64,000 bases of DNA, taken from assembly GCA_963734495.1 (NCBI GenBank), contig CAVTHK010000013.1, positions 288,001 to 352,000 on the forward strand. Reading direction: 5' to 3'. Below the pieces are notes generated by a model that did no database searches, was not told where the DNA came from, and worked only from the letters and a program-made list of their open reading frames with translations. The first letter of the stretch is position 1, and the number at the start of each line of letters is the position of its first letter. Origin of the DNA: an uncultured Spirochaetota bacterium. GTDB taxonomy: Bacteria; Spirochaetota; Spirochaetia; SZUA-6; CAVTHK01. A program made the translations under genes and the position numbers. Below are positions 1-9,086 of the stretch, piece by piece.

Positions 1-520
1 TCGCGACGGTCATGCCGGGCGTGAGGCGCGCGCGGTGCGCCGCCTGGATGCCGACGCTGATCGGCTCGACGAACGCCGCCTGCTCGTCGCTCACGGAGTC
101 GGGGACGAGGTGCGCGAAGTCCGAGACGATCGCGACCTGCTCGGCGAACGTGCCGTTGATGGGCGGAGCGGAGAGGAATGTGACATCAGGGCAGAGGTTG
201 TAGCGGCCCTTCTTGCACCACTCGCAGCGGCGGCACGGGATGCCGGGCTCGACGGCGACGCGAGCGCCTGGGCGCGGCCCCCGGCCATCGGCCGCGGCCC
301 GCACGACGACACCGCACGCTTCGTGGCCGGGAACGTAGGGCTTGGTGACGCGGAACGGGCCGAGCTTGCCGCTCTCGTAGAAGTGGATGTCGGAGCCGCA
401 GAGGCCGTTCATCCTGATGCGGATCAGGACCTCGTCGGGCGCGGGCTCGGGCGCCGGTATCTTCTCGTAGCGCAGGTCGTGCGCTTTGTGCAGCACCGCG
501 GCTTGCATCTCGACAGCCAT
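1..520 (-). CDS. Zn-dependent polyol (sorbitol/xylitol-type) dehydrogenase, 3' end outside window
   Basis: Read manually: MAVEMQAAVLHKAHDLRYE..GLCGSDIH..GHE..CRRCEWCKKGRYNLC (MDR catalytic and structural Zn motifs); GGAGGTG RBS upstream of ATG 520. Confidence 0.85.
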   Translation of the reverse strand, partial: MAVEMQAAVLHKAHDLRYEKIPAPEPAPDEVLIRIRMNGLCGSDIHFYESGKLGPFRVTKPYVPGHEACGVVVRAAADGRGPRPGARVAVEPGIPCRRCEWCKKGRYNLCPDVTFLSAPPINGTFAEQVAIVSDFAHLVPDSVSDEQAAFVEPISVGIQAAHRARLTPGMTVA

Positions 521-589
521 CGCTCACCTCCGGCTGCGATCATAGGCGCCCGCTGCTGGAGAGCGCAAGCCCGGCAGTTGCCTTCAATT

Positions 590-619
590 TTGACCTTCCT
601 GCTTCTTCTGTGTTATAAC
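590..619 (+). promoter_or_regulatory. sigma70-type promoter of the MFS gene (near-leaderless)
   Basis: TTGACC 590-595, TG-n-TATAAC 611-619, GTG start 8 nt later with no RBS. Confidence 0.55.
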
Positions 620-627
620 GAATTCCC

Positions 628-1860
628 GTGCCTCCCTGGAAACGAAACCTCTACGCGGTCTGGTTGTGTCAAGTCCTTTCGATGATGGGATTTGGGTTCG
701 TCCTGCCGTTTCTCCCGTTCTACATTCAGACGCTCGGGGTCACGGAGCCGGCCGCGCTGCGGGGGTGGACGGGAGCGATCTCGGGCGCGCCCGGAATTCT
801 GATGGGCCTCGTCGCCCCGGTGTGGGGCACCCTCGCGGATAAGTACGGCCGACGCGTGATGCTGCTGCGCGCGATGGGCGCGGGAGCCATCGGCATGGTG
901 GCCATGGCGTTCGCGCCGAACGTGGAGATGGTGTTCGTGCTGCGGCTGGCGCAGGGGCTGTTCGCCGGCACGATCGCCGCCGCGAGCACGCTGGTCGCGG
1001 CGGGGACGCCGCGCGAGAAGATCTCGTACGCGATGGGCTTTATCGCCTCGGCGGCGTTTATCGGCAACGCCCTCGGGCCGTCGATCGGGGGAGTCTGCGC
1101 CGAGTGGCTCGGCTACAGGCCCACGTTCTTCATCGGCGCGGCCATCACGGGCGTGGGATTCCTGCTGGTCCTCAGGTTCGTCGAAGAGGTGCGCGAGGAC
1201 AGGGAGGAAAACGGCGGGTCCGACGAGGGCATCCCGTTCAACGTGCGGCTCACGTTCCGTATGCCGTTCCTGCCGATGTTTATCGCGTTCTTCGTGCTGA
1301 GGCTCGCGCGGAACCTCCCCGGGCCGTTCACCTCGCTGTACATCCAGGAGCTGCGCGGAACGATCCAGGGCTCGTCCGCCCTCACCGGCGCGCTCTCGGC
1401 GGTGATCGGTGTCCTCACGGCGCTTTCGGGGATGCTGCTCACGCGGCTCGGCGACCGGCACGACAAGCTGCGGCTGCTGACCGTCTTTATGGCGCTGAGC
1501 GCCGCGACGGCGCTGCCGATCTTCTTCGCGCCCGGCTCGTGGGGGTTCGTCGTCTTCTACATTCTCTCTGTCGTCTTCCTCGGCCCGACCAACCCGCTGC
1601 TCGAGTCCACGATGACCGTGCTCACCTCGCGGTCGACGCGGGGCGTGCTCTTCGGCGTCGAGGCGTTCATGGGGAACATGGCCATGGCGCTGGCGCCGTT
1701 CCTCGGCAGCGCGGTGACCATCGCGTTCACGCTCAAGCACATCTTCCTGGTATACGCCATCGCCCTCGTCGGCGCGTTCGCGGTGGCGACGTTCTGCAGG
1801 CGCGCCGCGGCGCGGGCGCCTGCCTACGGCGAGGTCGCCGTCTCGAGCGCCGCGAGGTAG
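628..1860 (+). CDS. MFS transporter, DHA1/MdtG-like
   Basis: 410 aa, about 12 hydrophobic segments, WKRNL N-terminus, motif A WGTLADKYGRR. Confidence 0.9.
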   Translation: MPPWKRNLYAVWLCQVLSMMGFGFVLPFLPFYIQTLGVTEPAALRGWTGAISGAPGILMGLVAPVWGTLADKYGRRVMLLRAMGAGAIGMVAMAFAPNVEMVFVLRLAQGLFAGTIAAASTLVAAGTPREKISYAMGFIASAAFIGNALGPSIGGVCAEWLGYRPTFFIGAAITGVGFLLVLRFVEEVREDREENGGSDEGIPFNVRLTFRMPFLPMFIAFFVLRLARNLPGPFTSLYIQELRGTIQGSSALTGALSAVIGVLTALSGMLLTRLGDRHDKLRLLTVFMALSAATALPIFFAPGSWGFVVFYILSVVFLGPTNPLLESTMTVLTSRSTRGVLFGVEAFMGNMAMALAPFLGSAVTIAFTLKHIFLVYAIALVGAFAVATFCRRAAARAPAYGEVAVSSAAR

Positions 1861-2094
1861 GAGAGCGCCTCCTCGCGCGAGGCGCCGCACATCTCGGGCA
1901 TCGGACGCAGGGCGACGCACACCGCCGGCCGCTCGGGCCTGCCGTAGAGCGCGCAGCGGTAGCCGGCGGTGAGGTGAATGCAGCGCACGCCCGCGGGCTT
2001 GCCGTCGCGGCATCCCGGGGATCGGCGAGGAGATCGAGAGCGCGATGCAGCAGGCGCCGCAGCCGGGCCTGCAGGGCGCGGGCCCCGCGCTCAT
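1824..2094 (-). CDS. YkgJ-like cysteine-cluster (CxxCC) protein, one frameshift near 2010
   Basis: CRPGCGACCIALSISSPIPGMP then, after removing one base, DGKPAGVRCIHL..CALYGRPERPAVC..EMCG..TAG 1824; span is 270+1 nt. Confidence 0.8.
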
Positions 2095-2121
2095 CGGCCG
2101 CTCACCCGGCTCACCCGCGGC

Positions 2122-2757
2122 TCACTTGCCCGAGGCGATCGCGACGGCCTCCCGCGCGACCTTGGTGATCTCGTCGAACTTGCCGCCCGAGATCTGCTCG
2201 GCCCTCGCGATCCAGGTCCCGCCGACGGCGTAGACGGCAGGCTCCTTGAGGTACGCGGCCAGGTTGGCCGGGGTCACGCCGCCGGTGGGGATGTACTTGA
2301 CGCCCACGTAGGGACCGGCCAGCGCCTGGACCATCTTGATGCCGCCCGAGACCTCGGCCGGGAAGAACTTGAGCACGGTCAGGCCCCTCTCGAGCGCGGC
2401 CTCGACGCCCATCGGGTTGTTGATGCCCGGGTAGATCGGGATCCGGTTCTTGACGCAGTAGTCGACGACCGTCGGGTTGAATCCCGGCGTCACGATGAAC
2501 CGCGCCCCCGCCTTGAGCGCCCGCTGCACCTGGTCGATCGTCAGCACCGTGCCCGCGCCGACCAGCACGTCCGGGAGCTTCGACGCGAGGGTCCGGATGG
2601 ACTCTTCAGCGGCGTCGGTCCGGAAGGTGATCTCCGCGATGGGGAGCCCGCCTTCGAGCAGCGCCTTGCCCAGAGGAAGCGCGTCGGCCGCCCGGTCCAG
2701 CTTGATCACCGGCACGATCTTGAGCTCGCGAATCCTGGCATTCAGTTTTTCGTCCAT
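2122..2757 (-). CDS. eda: KDPG/KHG aldolase
   Basis: EITFRT, GAGTV, LKFFPA and IPTGGV motifs; 211 aa. Confidence 0.93.
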   Translation of the reverse strand: MDEKLNARIRELKIVPVIKLDRAADALPLGKALLEGGLPIAEITFRTDAAEESIRTLASKLPDVLVGAGTVLTIDQVQRALKAGARFIVTPGFNPTVVDYCVKNRIPIYPGINNPMGVEAALERGLTVLKFFPAEVSGGIKMVQALAGPYVGVKYIPTGGVTPANLAAYLKEPAVYAVGGTWIARAEQISGGKFDEITKVAREAVAIASGK

Positions 2758-2848
2758 GCCCGGATCATGTCACGACGCGGCGCGGCTGTCGAGAGCGGGT
2801 GTCGAGAGCGGGCGGGCGGTGTGCGAACGGGCCGACCCGCCGGCGGGC

Positions 2849-3448
2849 TCAGCCGTCCTCGGGGCGCCGTAGAGCCAGCACCGCCGCGCCCGCGGCGTCC
2901 AGGTCCGCAGCGAATGCGATCAGGCCGTCGCGGTGGCCGCCCATCACCACCACGCCCGCGGCCCGCGCCCCGCGGACCGCTTCCGCAACGGCCTCCGCGA
3001 TCTCGGGAGTTCCATACTCCGCTTCGCGGCGCGTGGTCGGAAGCCTGCCCGCGAAGCGCTCCCACATCCGCGCCGAGTGCACGTGGATCACCGCGCCAAC
3101 CCATGGGAGGGTCTGGTAGACGGCGGCGTGGGTGAGCGATTCCGAAGACGCCCGCGTGAGGCCCCTGCACGCGAGCCAGTTCTCCCAGGGCCGCGCCTCG
3201 TCGACCAGCGCGTAGTGACGCGGCTCGAGGCTCTCGAGCGCGCCGGTAGCCGAGCCCGTGATGACGAACGCGTTCCCGCCGGCGCGGGCGGAGATGTTGC
3301 CGAAGCCGGTGCCGTCCTGCGTAGCGCCGACAAGGCCGAGGCGCCGCAGCTCGCTTCGCCAGCGTCCGAGAGCCGCCAGCAGCGCGGGCGCGATTTCGAG
3401 CGGCTCCTCGGTCCAGCGGCAGGCGAACTTCGTGTAGCCTTCGGACAT
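2849..3448 (-). CDS. Class II aldolase/adducin family protein
   Basis: GNISAR, ITGS, ASSESLTHAAVY, VIHVHS, GHRDGL metal-binding His pattern; GAGG RBS before ATG 3448. Confidence 0.85.
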   Translation of the reverse strand: MSEGYTKFACRWTEEPLEIAPALLAALGRWRSELRRLGLVGATQDGTGFGNISARAGGNAFVITGSATGALESLEPRHYALVDEARPWENWLACRGLTRASSESLTHAAVYQTLPWVGAVIHVHSARMWERFAGRLPTTRREAEYGTPEIAEAVAEAVRGARAAGVVVMGGHRDGLIAFAADLDAAGAAVLALRRPEDG

Positions 3449-3546
3449 CGCGACATCCTCGCTGCAGGGCGCGGCGGGCGCTGCGGCTGCGGCTGCGGCG
3501 ACCGCGGGGGGCGCGGGCGCGGCGGGCGCTGCGGGCGCCACTGGCG

Positions 3547-4584
3547 CTACGGGGCGAGCGCGCGCAGAATCTCGCCGGGCCTGAAGATGCCCCTCTCCGT
3601 GATGATGCCTGAGACCAGCCGCCCGGGGGTGACGTCGAAGGCCGGGTTCCTCACGGGGCTCGCCTTCGGGGCGATCCGGACGGTGGCCGGCCGCCCGCTC
3701 GCGACGTCCTCGCCCGCGACGCACGACACCTCGTCCGCCGCGCGCTCCTCGATCGGGATCTCGCGGCCGGTCGGGCAGCGGGGATCGATCGTGGCCGCGG
3801 GCGCCGCCACGTAGAACGGGATGCCGTTCTCGCGCGCCACCACCGCGCTGGAGTAGGTGCCGATCTTGTTGGCGACGTCGCCGTTGGCCGCGATGCGGTC
3901 CGCGCCCACGATCACGAGGTCGATCTCTCCGCGAGCCATGAACCAGCCGCTCGCGTTGTCCGCGATCACGGCGTGGGCGATCCCTTCCTCGCCGAGCTCG
4001 AACGCGGTGAGCCGGCTGCCCTGGCAGCGCGGCCGCGTTTCGTCGACGAACACGAAGAAGCGCACGCCCCGCCGGTGGGCCTTGTACATCGGGGCGGTGG
4101 CGGTGCCCCAGTCGACGGTCGCCAGCCATCCCGCGTTGCAGTGCGTGTTGACCCGCGCCCCTTCGCGTATCAGGTGCTCTCCGAGCTCCCCGATGGCGGC
4201 GCACGCCTGCTCGTATTCGTCGGCGACCGCCCGCGCCTCCTCGAGCACGGAGCGGCCCGCGCCGGCGGCTCCGAGCGTCCTGTCGATCGCCGCGAACAGG
4301 TCCTGCGCCGTGGGCCTCGTCGCCCGCAGCTCCGCGGCGGCGGCCGGGAGGTCCGCGCGCTGCCGCTCGGCGAGCGCCATGCCAAAGGCGGCCGCCGCGC
4401 CGATGGCGGGAGCCCCGCGCACGACCATGGTTCGGATCGCCGCCGCCACTTCCCGGTAGTCGCGGTATCGCGCGATCTCCAGCCTGTGCGGAAGCGCGGT
4501 CTGATCGATCAGGCAGAGCTCGCCCGCCCCGCGCGAGGACTCCTCGAACCAAACCGTCCTGTAGGGGCGTCCGCCGATACGCAT
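3547..4584 (-). CDS. mtnA: S-methyl-5-thioribose-1-phosphate isomerase
   Basis: VRGAPAIG, RPTA, THCNAG, ETRP, GADRIAANGDVANKIGTY, NPAFDVTP. Confidence 0.95.
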   Translation of the reverse strand: MRIGGRPYRTVWFEESSRGAGELCLIDQTALPHRLEIARYRDYREVAAAIRTMVVRGAPAIGAAAAFGMALAERQRADLPAAAAELRATRPTAQDLFAAIDRTLGAAGAGRSVLEEARAVADEYEQACAAIGELGEHLIREGARVNTHCNAGWLATVDWGTATAPMYKAHRRGVRFFVFVDETRPRCQGSRLTAFELGEEGIAHAVIADNASGWFMARGEIDLVIVGADRIAANGDVANKIGTYSSAVVARENGIPFYVAAPAATIDPRCPTGREIPIEERAADEVSCVAGEDVASGRPATVRIAPKASPVRNPAFDVTPGRLVSGIITERGIFRPGEILRALAP

Positions 4585-4590
4585 CGTTCG

Positions 4591-5340
4591 TCAGCTCACG
4601 CGCGGGATGAGCGCTACGAGGATGCGCCGAACCTTCTCCGCGTTGCGATGGAAGGTCTCGAGCACCGCTTCCCACGTGACCGGCTCCTCGTCCTCCTTCC
4701 AGCAATCGTAGTCGGTGGACATGGCGATCGTCGCGTACGGAAGGCCGATCTCGTTGGCGAGGATGCACTCGGGCGCGATGGACATGTTGATGACGTCGGC
4801 GCCCCAGGCGCGGAACATCCGCGACTCGGCGCGGGTCGAGAAGCGTGGCCCCTCGATCGTGACCACCGTCGCGCGCTCGTGCACCGCCACGCCGAGGTCC
4901 CGGCACGTCGCGATGATCAGCGCGCGCAACCCGGCCGAGAACGGGTCGGCCATCGGCGTGTGGTTCATGGCGCCCGGCTCGAATCGCTCGAAAAAGCTGA
5001 CCTTCCTATGCCTCGTGAAGTCGATGAACTGGTCGAGGACCGCCAGGTCTCCCCGGCGGATCTCCTCGCGCAGAGAGCCGACCGCCGTCGTGCTCACGAC
5101 GTGCGTGCACCCCGCCTGCTTCAGCGCGAACACGTTCGCCCTGTTGTTCACCTGCGTCGGCGGGATCGTGTGGTCGCGGCCGTGGCGGGCGAGCAGGTAG
5201 ACCGCGCGTCCCTCGATCCGGCCCTCGCGAAGCGGCGAGGAGGGACTCCCCCAGGGAGTGTCGATCTCGACGTCGCGGCTCTCCTTGAGGATCGCCGGAT
5301 CTTCCAGCCCGCTTCCGCCGATGATGCCGATGACCGCCAT
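4591..5340 (-). CDS. mtnP: S-methyl-5'-thioadenosine phosphorylase
   Basis: IGIIGGSG, RHG..H, EGPRFSTRAES, INMS, TDYDCW. Confidence 0.95.
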   Translation of the reverse strand: MAVIGIIGGSGLEDPAILKESRDVEIDTPWGSPSSPLREGRIEGRAVYLLARHGRDHTIPPTQVNNRANVFALKQAGCTHVVSTTAVGSLREEIRRGDLAVLDQFIDFTRHRKVSFFERFEPGAMNHTPMADPFSAGLRALIIATCRDLGVAVHERATVVTIEGPRFSTRAESRMFRAWGADVINMSIAPECILANEIGLPYATIAMSTDYDCWKEDEEPVTWEAVLETFHRNAEKVRRILVALIPRVS

Positions 5341-5377
5341 GCGCGCCTCCCGCTCCTTCCGCGGCCCGAGTATAGCG

Positions 5378-6133
5378 TCAGGCCGGCTCCCTGCGCCACC
5401 TCGCGACCGTGGCCGGGATCAGCACTGCGAGGCACGCCGGCCACCCGACCGCGAGAGACTCAGGAATGGTAAGGCGAAAGGCCTGCTGCGCCACCCACAT
5501 CGATGCCGCCATCGAGCCCAGGCTGAGGATCACGAGCGGAGTCTGGCGCACCATCGTCCACAGGCTGTGGCGCGCCTCGTAGGTGGCGACCACGCCGACC
5601 ATGGGGAACGTCGCCATGAAGCCGCCGAGCGGGCCCTTGAGCGCGACGAGCGCGGAGATGACCGCGGCGACGACCGCGAACTTGACGGGCACGGGCAGGT
5701 CGCTGCGATGGCCGGGCTCCACGCGGTGAGGCAGCGCGACCGCGAGGCCGACGCCCACCGCCAGCACGACGGCAAAGGCGGTCCAGAACGACGCCGCCGT
5801 GAGCGGCATGACCGCGTTGAGCAACGCGCCCACGACGCAGTAGACCGCCGCGGACGCGGCGATGCTCGCAACGATCGGCGCCTTGAGGCGGCTGTGCAGC
5901 CATCGCACCAGGACCATGAACAGCAGGAGATTGAGGTAGCCGACCATGTGCGACGTCCCGATCGGCCGGCCCAGGGCCAGGTTGGCGATCGTGAAGGGCA
6001 CCGGAAAGGAGTAGAGCAGCGCCTTCGCCCTCGGGCTGCGGACAAAGGCGAGCAGCGTCGTCTGCAGCGAGACTCCGAGAACGAGGACGAAGTCCCAGAC
6101 GCCGAGGCTCGGCGCGATCCCGGCGAGGGTCAT
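5378..6133 (-). CDS. Hypothetical multi-pass membrane protein
   Basis: About 251 aa, roughly 8 hydrophobic segments; ATG 4 nt after the upstream stop. Confidence 0.7.
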   Translation of the reverse strand: MTLAGIAPSLGVWDFVLVLGVSLQTTLLAFVRSPRAKALLYSFPVPFTIANLALGRPIGTSHMVGYLNLLLFMVLVRWLHSRLKAPIVASIAASAAVYCVVGALLNAVMPLTAASFWTAFAVVLAVGVGLAVALPHRVEPGHRSDLPVPVKFAVVAAVISALVALKGPLGGFMATFPMVGVVATYEARHSLWTMVRQTPLVILSLGSMAASMWVAQQAFRLTIPESLAVGWPACLAVLIPATVARWRREPA

Positions 6134-6137
6134 CCGG

Positions 6138-7118
6138 CTACAGCACCAGGAAGAGGACGGGCAGCGCCACGACGAGCGTCGAGGTGCTCGCGACCCAGGC
6201 GCTGTTGGCGAGGTCGAGGTCGAAGCCATAGAGCGCGGGCGGAACGAGCGCGTTGAACGCCACTGGCATCACGGACAGGATGACCACGATCTTCAGCGCG
6301 AGCCCGTCGGCCACCGACCCGAAGCCCAGCACCGCGGCGAGCGGGATCATGACCAGGGGCACCAGGGCGTGCCGGATGACGAGCACGATCAGAATGTCCC
6401 TCCGGTAGCCTCCGATGCGGGAAAAGTGCAGCGTGAGCCCGATCGCGAGCCCCAGCGTCGCGGCCACGCACGGCACAAGGACCGCCACGACGTGCGTCAG
6501 CACTTCGGGACGCGCGGGACCCCAGAAACGCAGAAGGATTCCCGCGCCGATGGCGATCAGCGGGATGACGAGGTACGGGTTTTCCTTGAGGTTTTCCGAG
6601 CTGACGCGCAGGACGCGCTCCTCGCCGCGCGCGATGTTGCTCGAGACGGGGTATCCGATCATGTAGTACGCGGGCGACATGAGGACCGTAAAGAGCTGCG
6701 CGAGCCCGTACCCGGCCTCGCCGAACATCGTGTAGGCGATCAGCCCGCCGAAGGTCACGACGTTGCTGAAGACGCCGCACGTGAACACGGACGCCGCCTG
6801 CTCGGGGGGGATGCGGAACAGGCGGATCGCCACCATGGCGCCGGCGGCCCCGAGCAGCACCGACAGCAGCCCGAGGAACGGGAACGCGAGCACGCTCGGC
6901 GAGGGGAGCGTGAGGCCCCAGAAGGTGCTCAGGATCGCCACGGGATTGAGGAAGAAGAAAGACACGAGCTTGAGGACGCGCGAGATCGCTCCGAATCCCG
7001 TCGCGCCCGCTACGCGGAACCCGGTGAGGACGCGCTGCATCCCGTATCCGACCGCGATGCTGCCTATGCTGACGACAAGCACGAAGATGAGTTGTCCCAT
7101 CGCATCCGCCGGGGCCAT
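6138..7118 (-). CDS. AEC/Mem_trans family transporter
   Basis: About 10 TMs; SNVVTFG, NPYL and MPVAFNA..YGFDLDLANS motifs; start may be ATG 7100. Confidence 0.8.
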   Translation of the reverse strand: MAPADAMGQLIFVLVVSIGSIAVGYGMQRVLTGFRVAGATGFGAISRVLKLVSFFFLNPVAILSTFWGLTLPSPSVLAFPFLGLLSVLLGAAGAMVAIRLFRIPPEQAASVFTCGVFSNVVTFGGLIAYTMFGEAGYGLAQLFTVLMSPAYYMIGYPVSSNIARGEERVLRVSSENLKENPYLVIPLIAIGAGILLRFWGPARPEVLTHVVAVLVPCVAATLGLAIGLTLHFSRIGGYRRDILIVLVIRHALVPLVMIPLAAVLGFGSVADGLALKIVVILSVMPVAFNALVPPALYGFDLDLANSAWVASTSTLVVALPVLFLVL

Positions 7119-7271
7119 GCTGCCACCGGCCGCGGCCGCGGGTCAAGCGGCTCGCCTTCGGCTGCCTTTGGCGCTCGTGCCGGCGGGCGGGCGCGGCTGC
7201 CTCGCCGGCGCCCGGCCGATATCGGCCGCGGTCCGCCGTGTGCCCGCCGCGCAAAGTCCGACAGGCTGCTG

Positions 7272-9083
7272 TTATGCGGAAGTGCGGAAACGCTCGACGT
7301 ACTCCAGGGACTGGTGCCGGAAGTAAGTGTTGTAGAGGTTCGCGTAATGGCCGCCGGCGGCGAGCAGCGCCTGGTGGGTGCCCATCTCGATGATCCGCCC
7401 CTTCTCGAGCACCACGATACGGTGAGCGTGACGGACGGTGGAGAGCCGGTGCGCGATCACGATCGAGGTGCGGCCTCGCATCACGGTCTGCAGCCCTTCC
7501 TGGATCTGCGTCTCGGTGAACGGATCGACGCTGGCGGTCGCCTCGTCGAGGATCAGGATCGCAGGGTCCTTGAGGAAGACGCGCGCGAGGGCCACGAGCT
7601 GGCGCTGCCCCATCGAGAGGCTCGCTCCCCGCGCGCCGACCTGCGTGTCGAGGCCGTTCGCGAGATCCATCAGCCAGTCGCCGAGCGCTATGTGCGTCGC
7701 GGCCGCGACCACGTCCTCGTCGCTGGCGCCCAGGTTCCCGTAGCGGATGTTCTCCCGCACGGTGGCGGAGAACAGGAACGGGTCCTGCGGCACGATGCCG
7801 ATCCAGCGGCGGTAGTCGTCGAGGGAGAGGCTCCGTATGTCCATGCCGTCGACCAGGATCGACCCGCCCTGGAACTCGTAGAAGCGTGCGATCAGCTTCG
7901 CGATGCTGCTCTTGCCCGCGCCGGTGTGGCCCACCAGGGCTACGGTCTCGCCCGGGGCGACGGAGAGATCGAAGCCGTCGAAGACGCGCTCCTTGTCGCT
8001 GTACGCGAACACCAGGTCGTGGAACTCGATGCGGCCGTCGAGCCGTGCGACGCCAAGCGACCCGGTCTGGCGCACGCGCGGCTCGGCGTCGATCAGCGCG
8101 AATACGCGCTCCGCGGCCGAGAGGCCGTCCTGGAACTGGCTCCAGAAGCTCGCCACGCTGATGAGAGGCCACCAGAAGAAGCCAACCCCCTGCATGAACA
8201 GGTACCAGTCGGCGGGGCTCAGGGCCCCCGCCTTTGCGGAAAGCCCGCCCGCGTACACGAGCACCGCGATGCCGACGCCGGAGGCGGCGCTGAGCACGGG
8301 GAAGATGGTGTTGATCACCAGGCCTCGCCTGAGGCCGACCCGGTAGGCGAGGCGGTTGTTCCTGAGGAAGCGGCGGAAAAGGACCGGTTCCTGCCGGAAG
8401 CTCTTTGCGACGACGATGCCCGCGATGGATTCCTGGATCTCGCTGTTGATCACCGCGGTGACCCTCTTGGCATCGAGGCTCACGTGGCGGGCGATTCTGC
8501 GGAAGGCGAGCGAGATCCCGATGGCAACCGGCGCCATGGCGAGGAGCAGCAGGGTGAGCCGCGCGTCGACGACAAAGAGCCAGGCTCCGAGAAAGACCAC
8601 GAGCAGAACCTGGCTGCCCAGCTCGAGCACGAGCGTCACCACGCTGGAAAAATCCTGCGTGTCCGACGTGACCCGGCTCACGATCTTCCCCGACGAATGC
8701 TCGTCGAAAAAGGAGAGGTCGTGGCCGAGGGTCGCCCGGAAAGCGTCCTCGCGCAGCCTGAGCACCACGTCGCCGACCACCCGCGCCGTGACGGACTCGC
8801 GCACGTAGTTGACCAGCCACCCGAAGACGCCGAGCAGCAGCACGCCCGCGGAGAGCAGGATCATCGCCTCCAGCGTCGCCCTCCGGGAGAGCAGGTCGAG
8901 CGCGCGGGCGATGAGAATGGGCCCGCCGCTCCCGGCGGCCGAGCTCAGGGTGAGCATCACCGCGGCGACCATCGTCTCGCGCCGGCTCGGTCGGAAGTAG
9001 CCCAGGATGCGACGGAGCAGCGTGCTGTCGGTGTAGGTGCGGTCGTAGGTCTCGGATTCGAGCCCGTCGAGGATGAACGGCAT
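7272..9083 (-). CDS. ABC exporter TMD+NBD half transporter
   Basis: GHTGAGKS, degenerate signature LSMGQ, ILILDEAT. Confidence 0.93.
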   Translation of the reverse strand: MPFILDGLESETYDRTYTDSTLLRRILGYFRPSRRETMVAAVMLTLSSAAGSGGPILIARALDLLSRRATLEAMILLSAGVLLLGVFGWLVNYVRESVTARVVGDVVLRLREDAFRATLGHDLSFFDEHSSGKIVSRVTSDTQDFSSVVTLVLELGSQVLLVVFLGAWLFVVDARLTLLLLAMAPVAIGISLAFRRIARHVSLDAKRVTAVINSEIQESIAGIVVAKSFRQEPVLFRRFLRNNRLAYRVGLRRGLVINTIFPVLSAASGVGIAVLVYAGGLSAKAGALSPADWYLFMQGVGFFWWPLISVASFWSQFQDGLSAAERVFALIDAEPRVRQTGSLGVARLDGRIEFHDLVFAYSDKERVFDGFDLSVAPGETVALVGHTGAGKSSIAKLIARFYEFQGGSILVDGMDIRSLSLDDYRRWIGIVPQDPFLFSATVRENIRYGNLGASDEDVVAAATHIALGDWLMDLANGLDTQVGARGASLSMGQRQLVALARVFLKDPAILILDEATASVDPFTETQIQEGLQTVMRGRTSIVIAHRLSTVRHAHRIVVLEKGRIIEMGTHQALLAAGGHYANLYNTYFRHQSLEYVERFRTSA

Positions 9084-9086
9084 CCC

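Noticed and set aside
3449-3546. Pro/Ala-rich N-terminal extension of the aldolase
   Set aside because: An RBS-like GAGG precedes ATG 3448, so the tract is more simply intergenic
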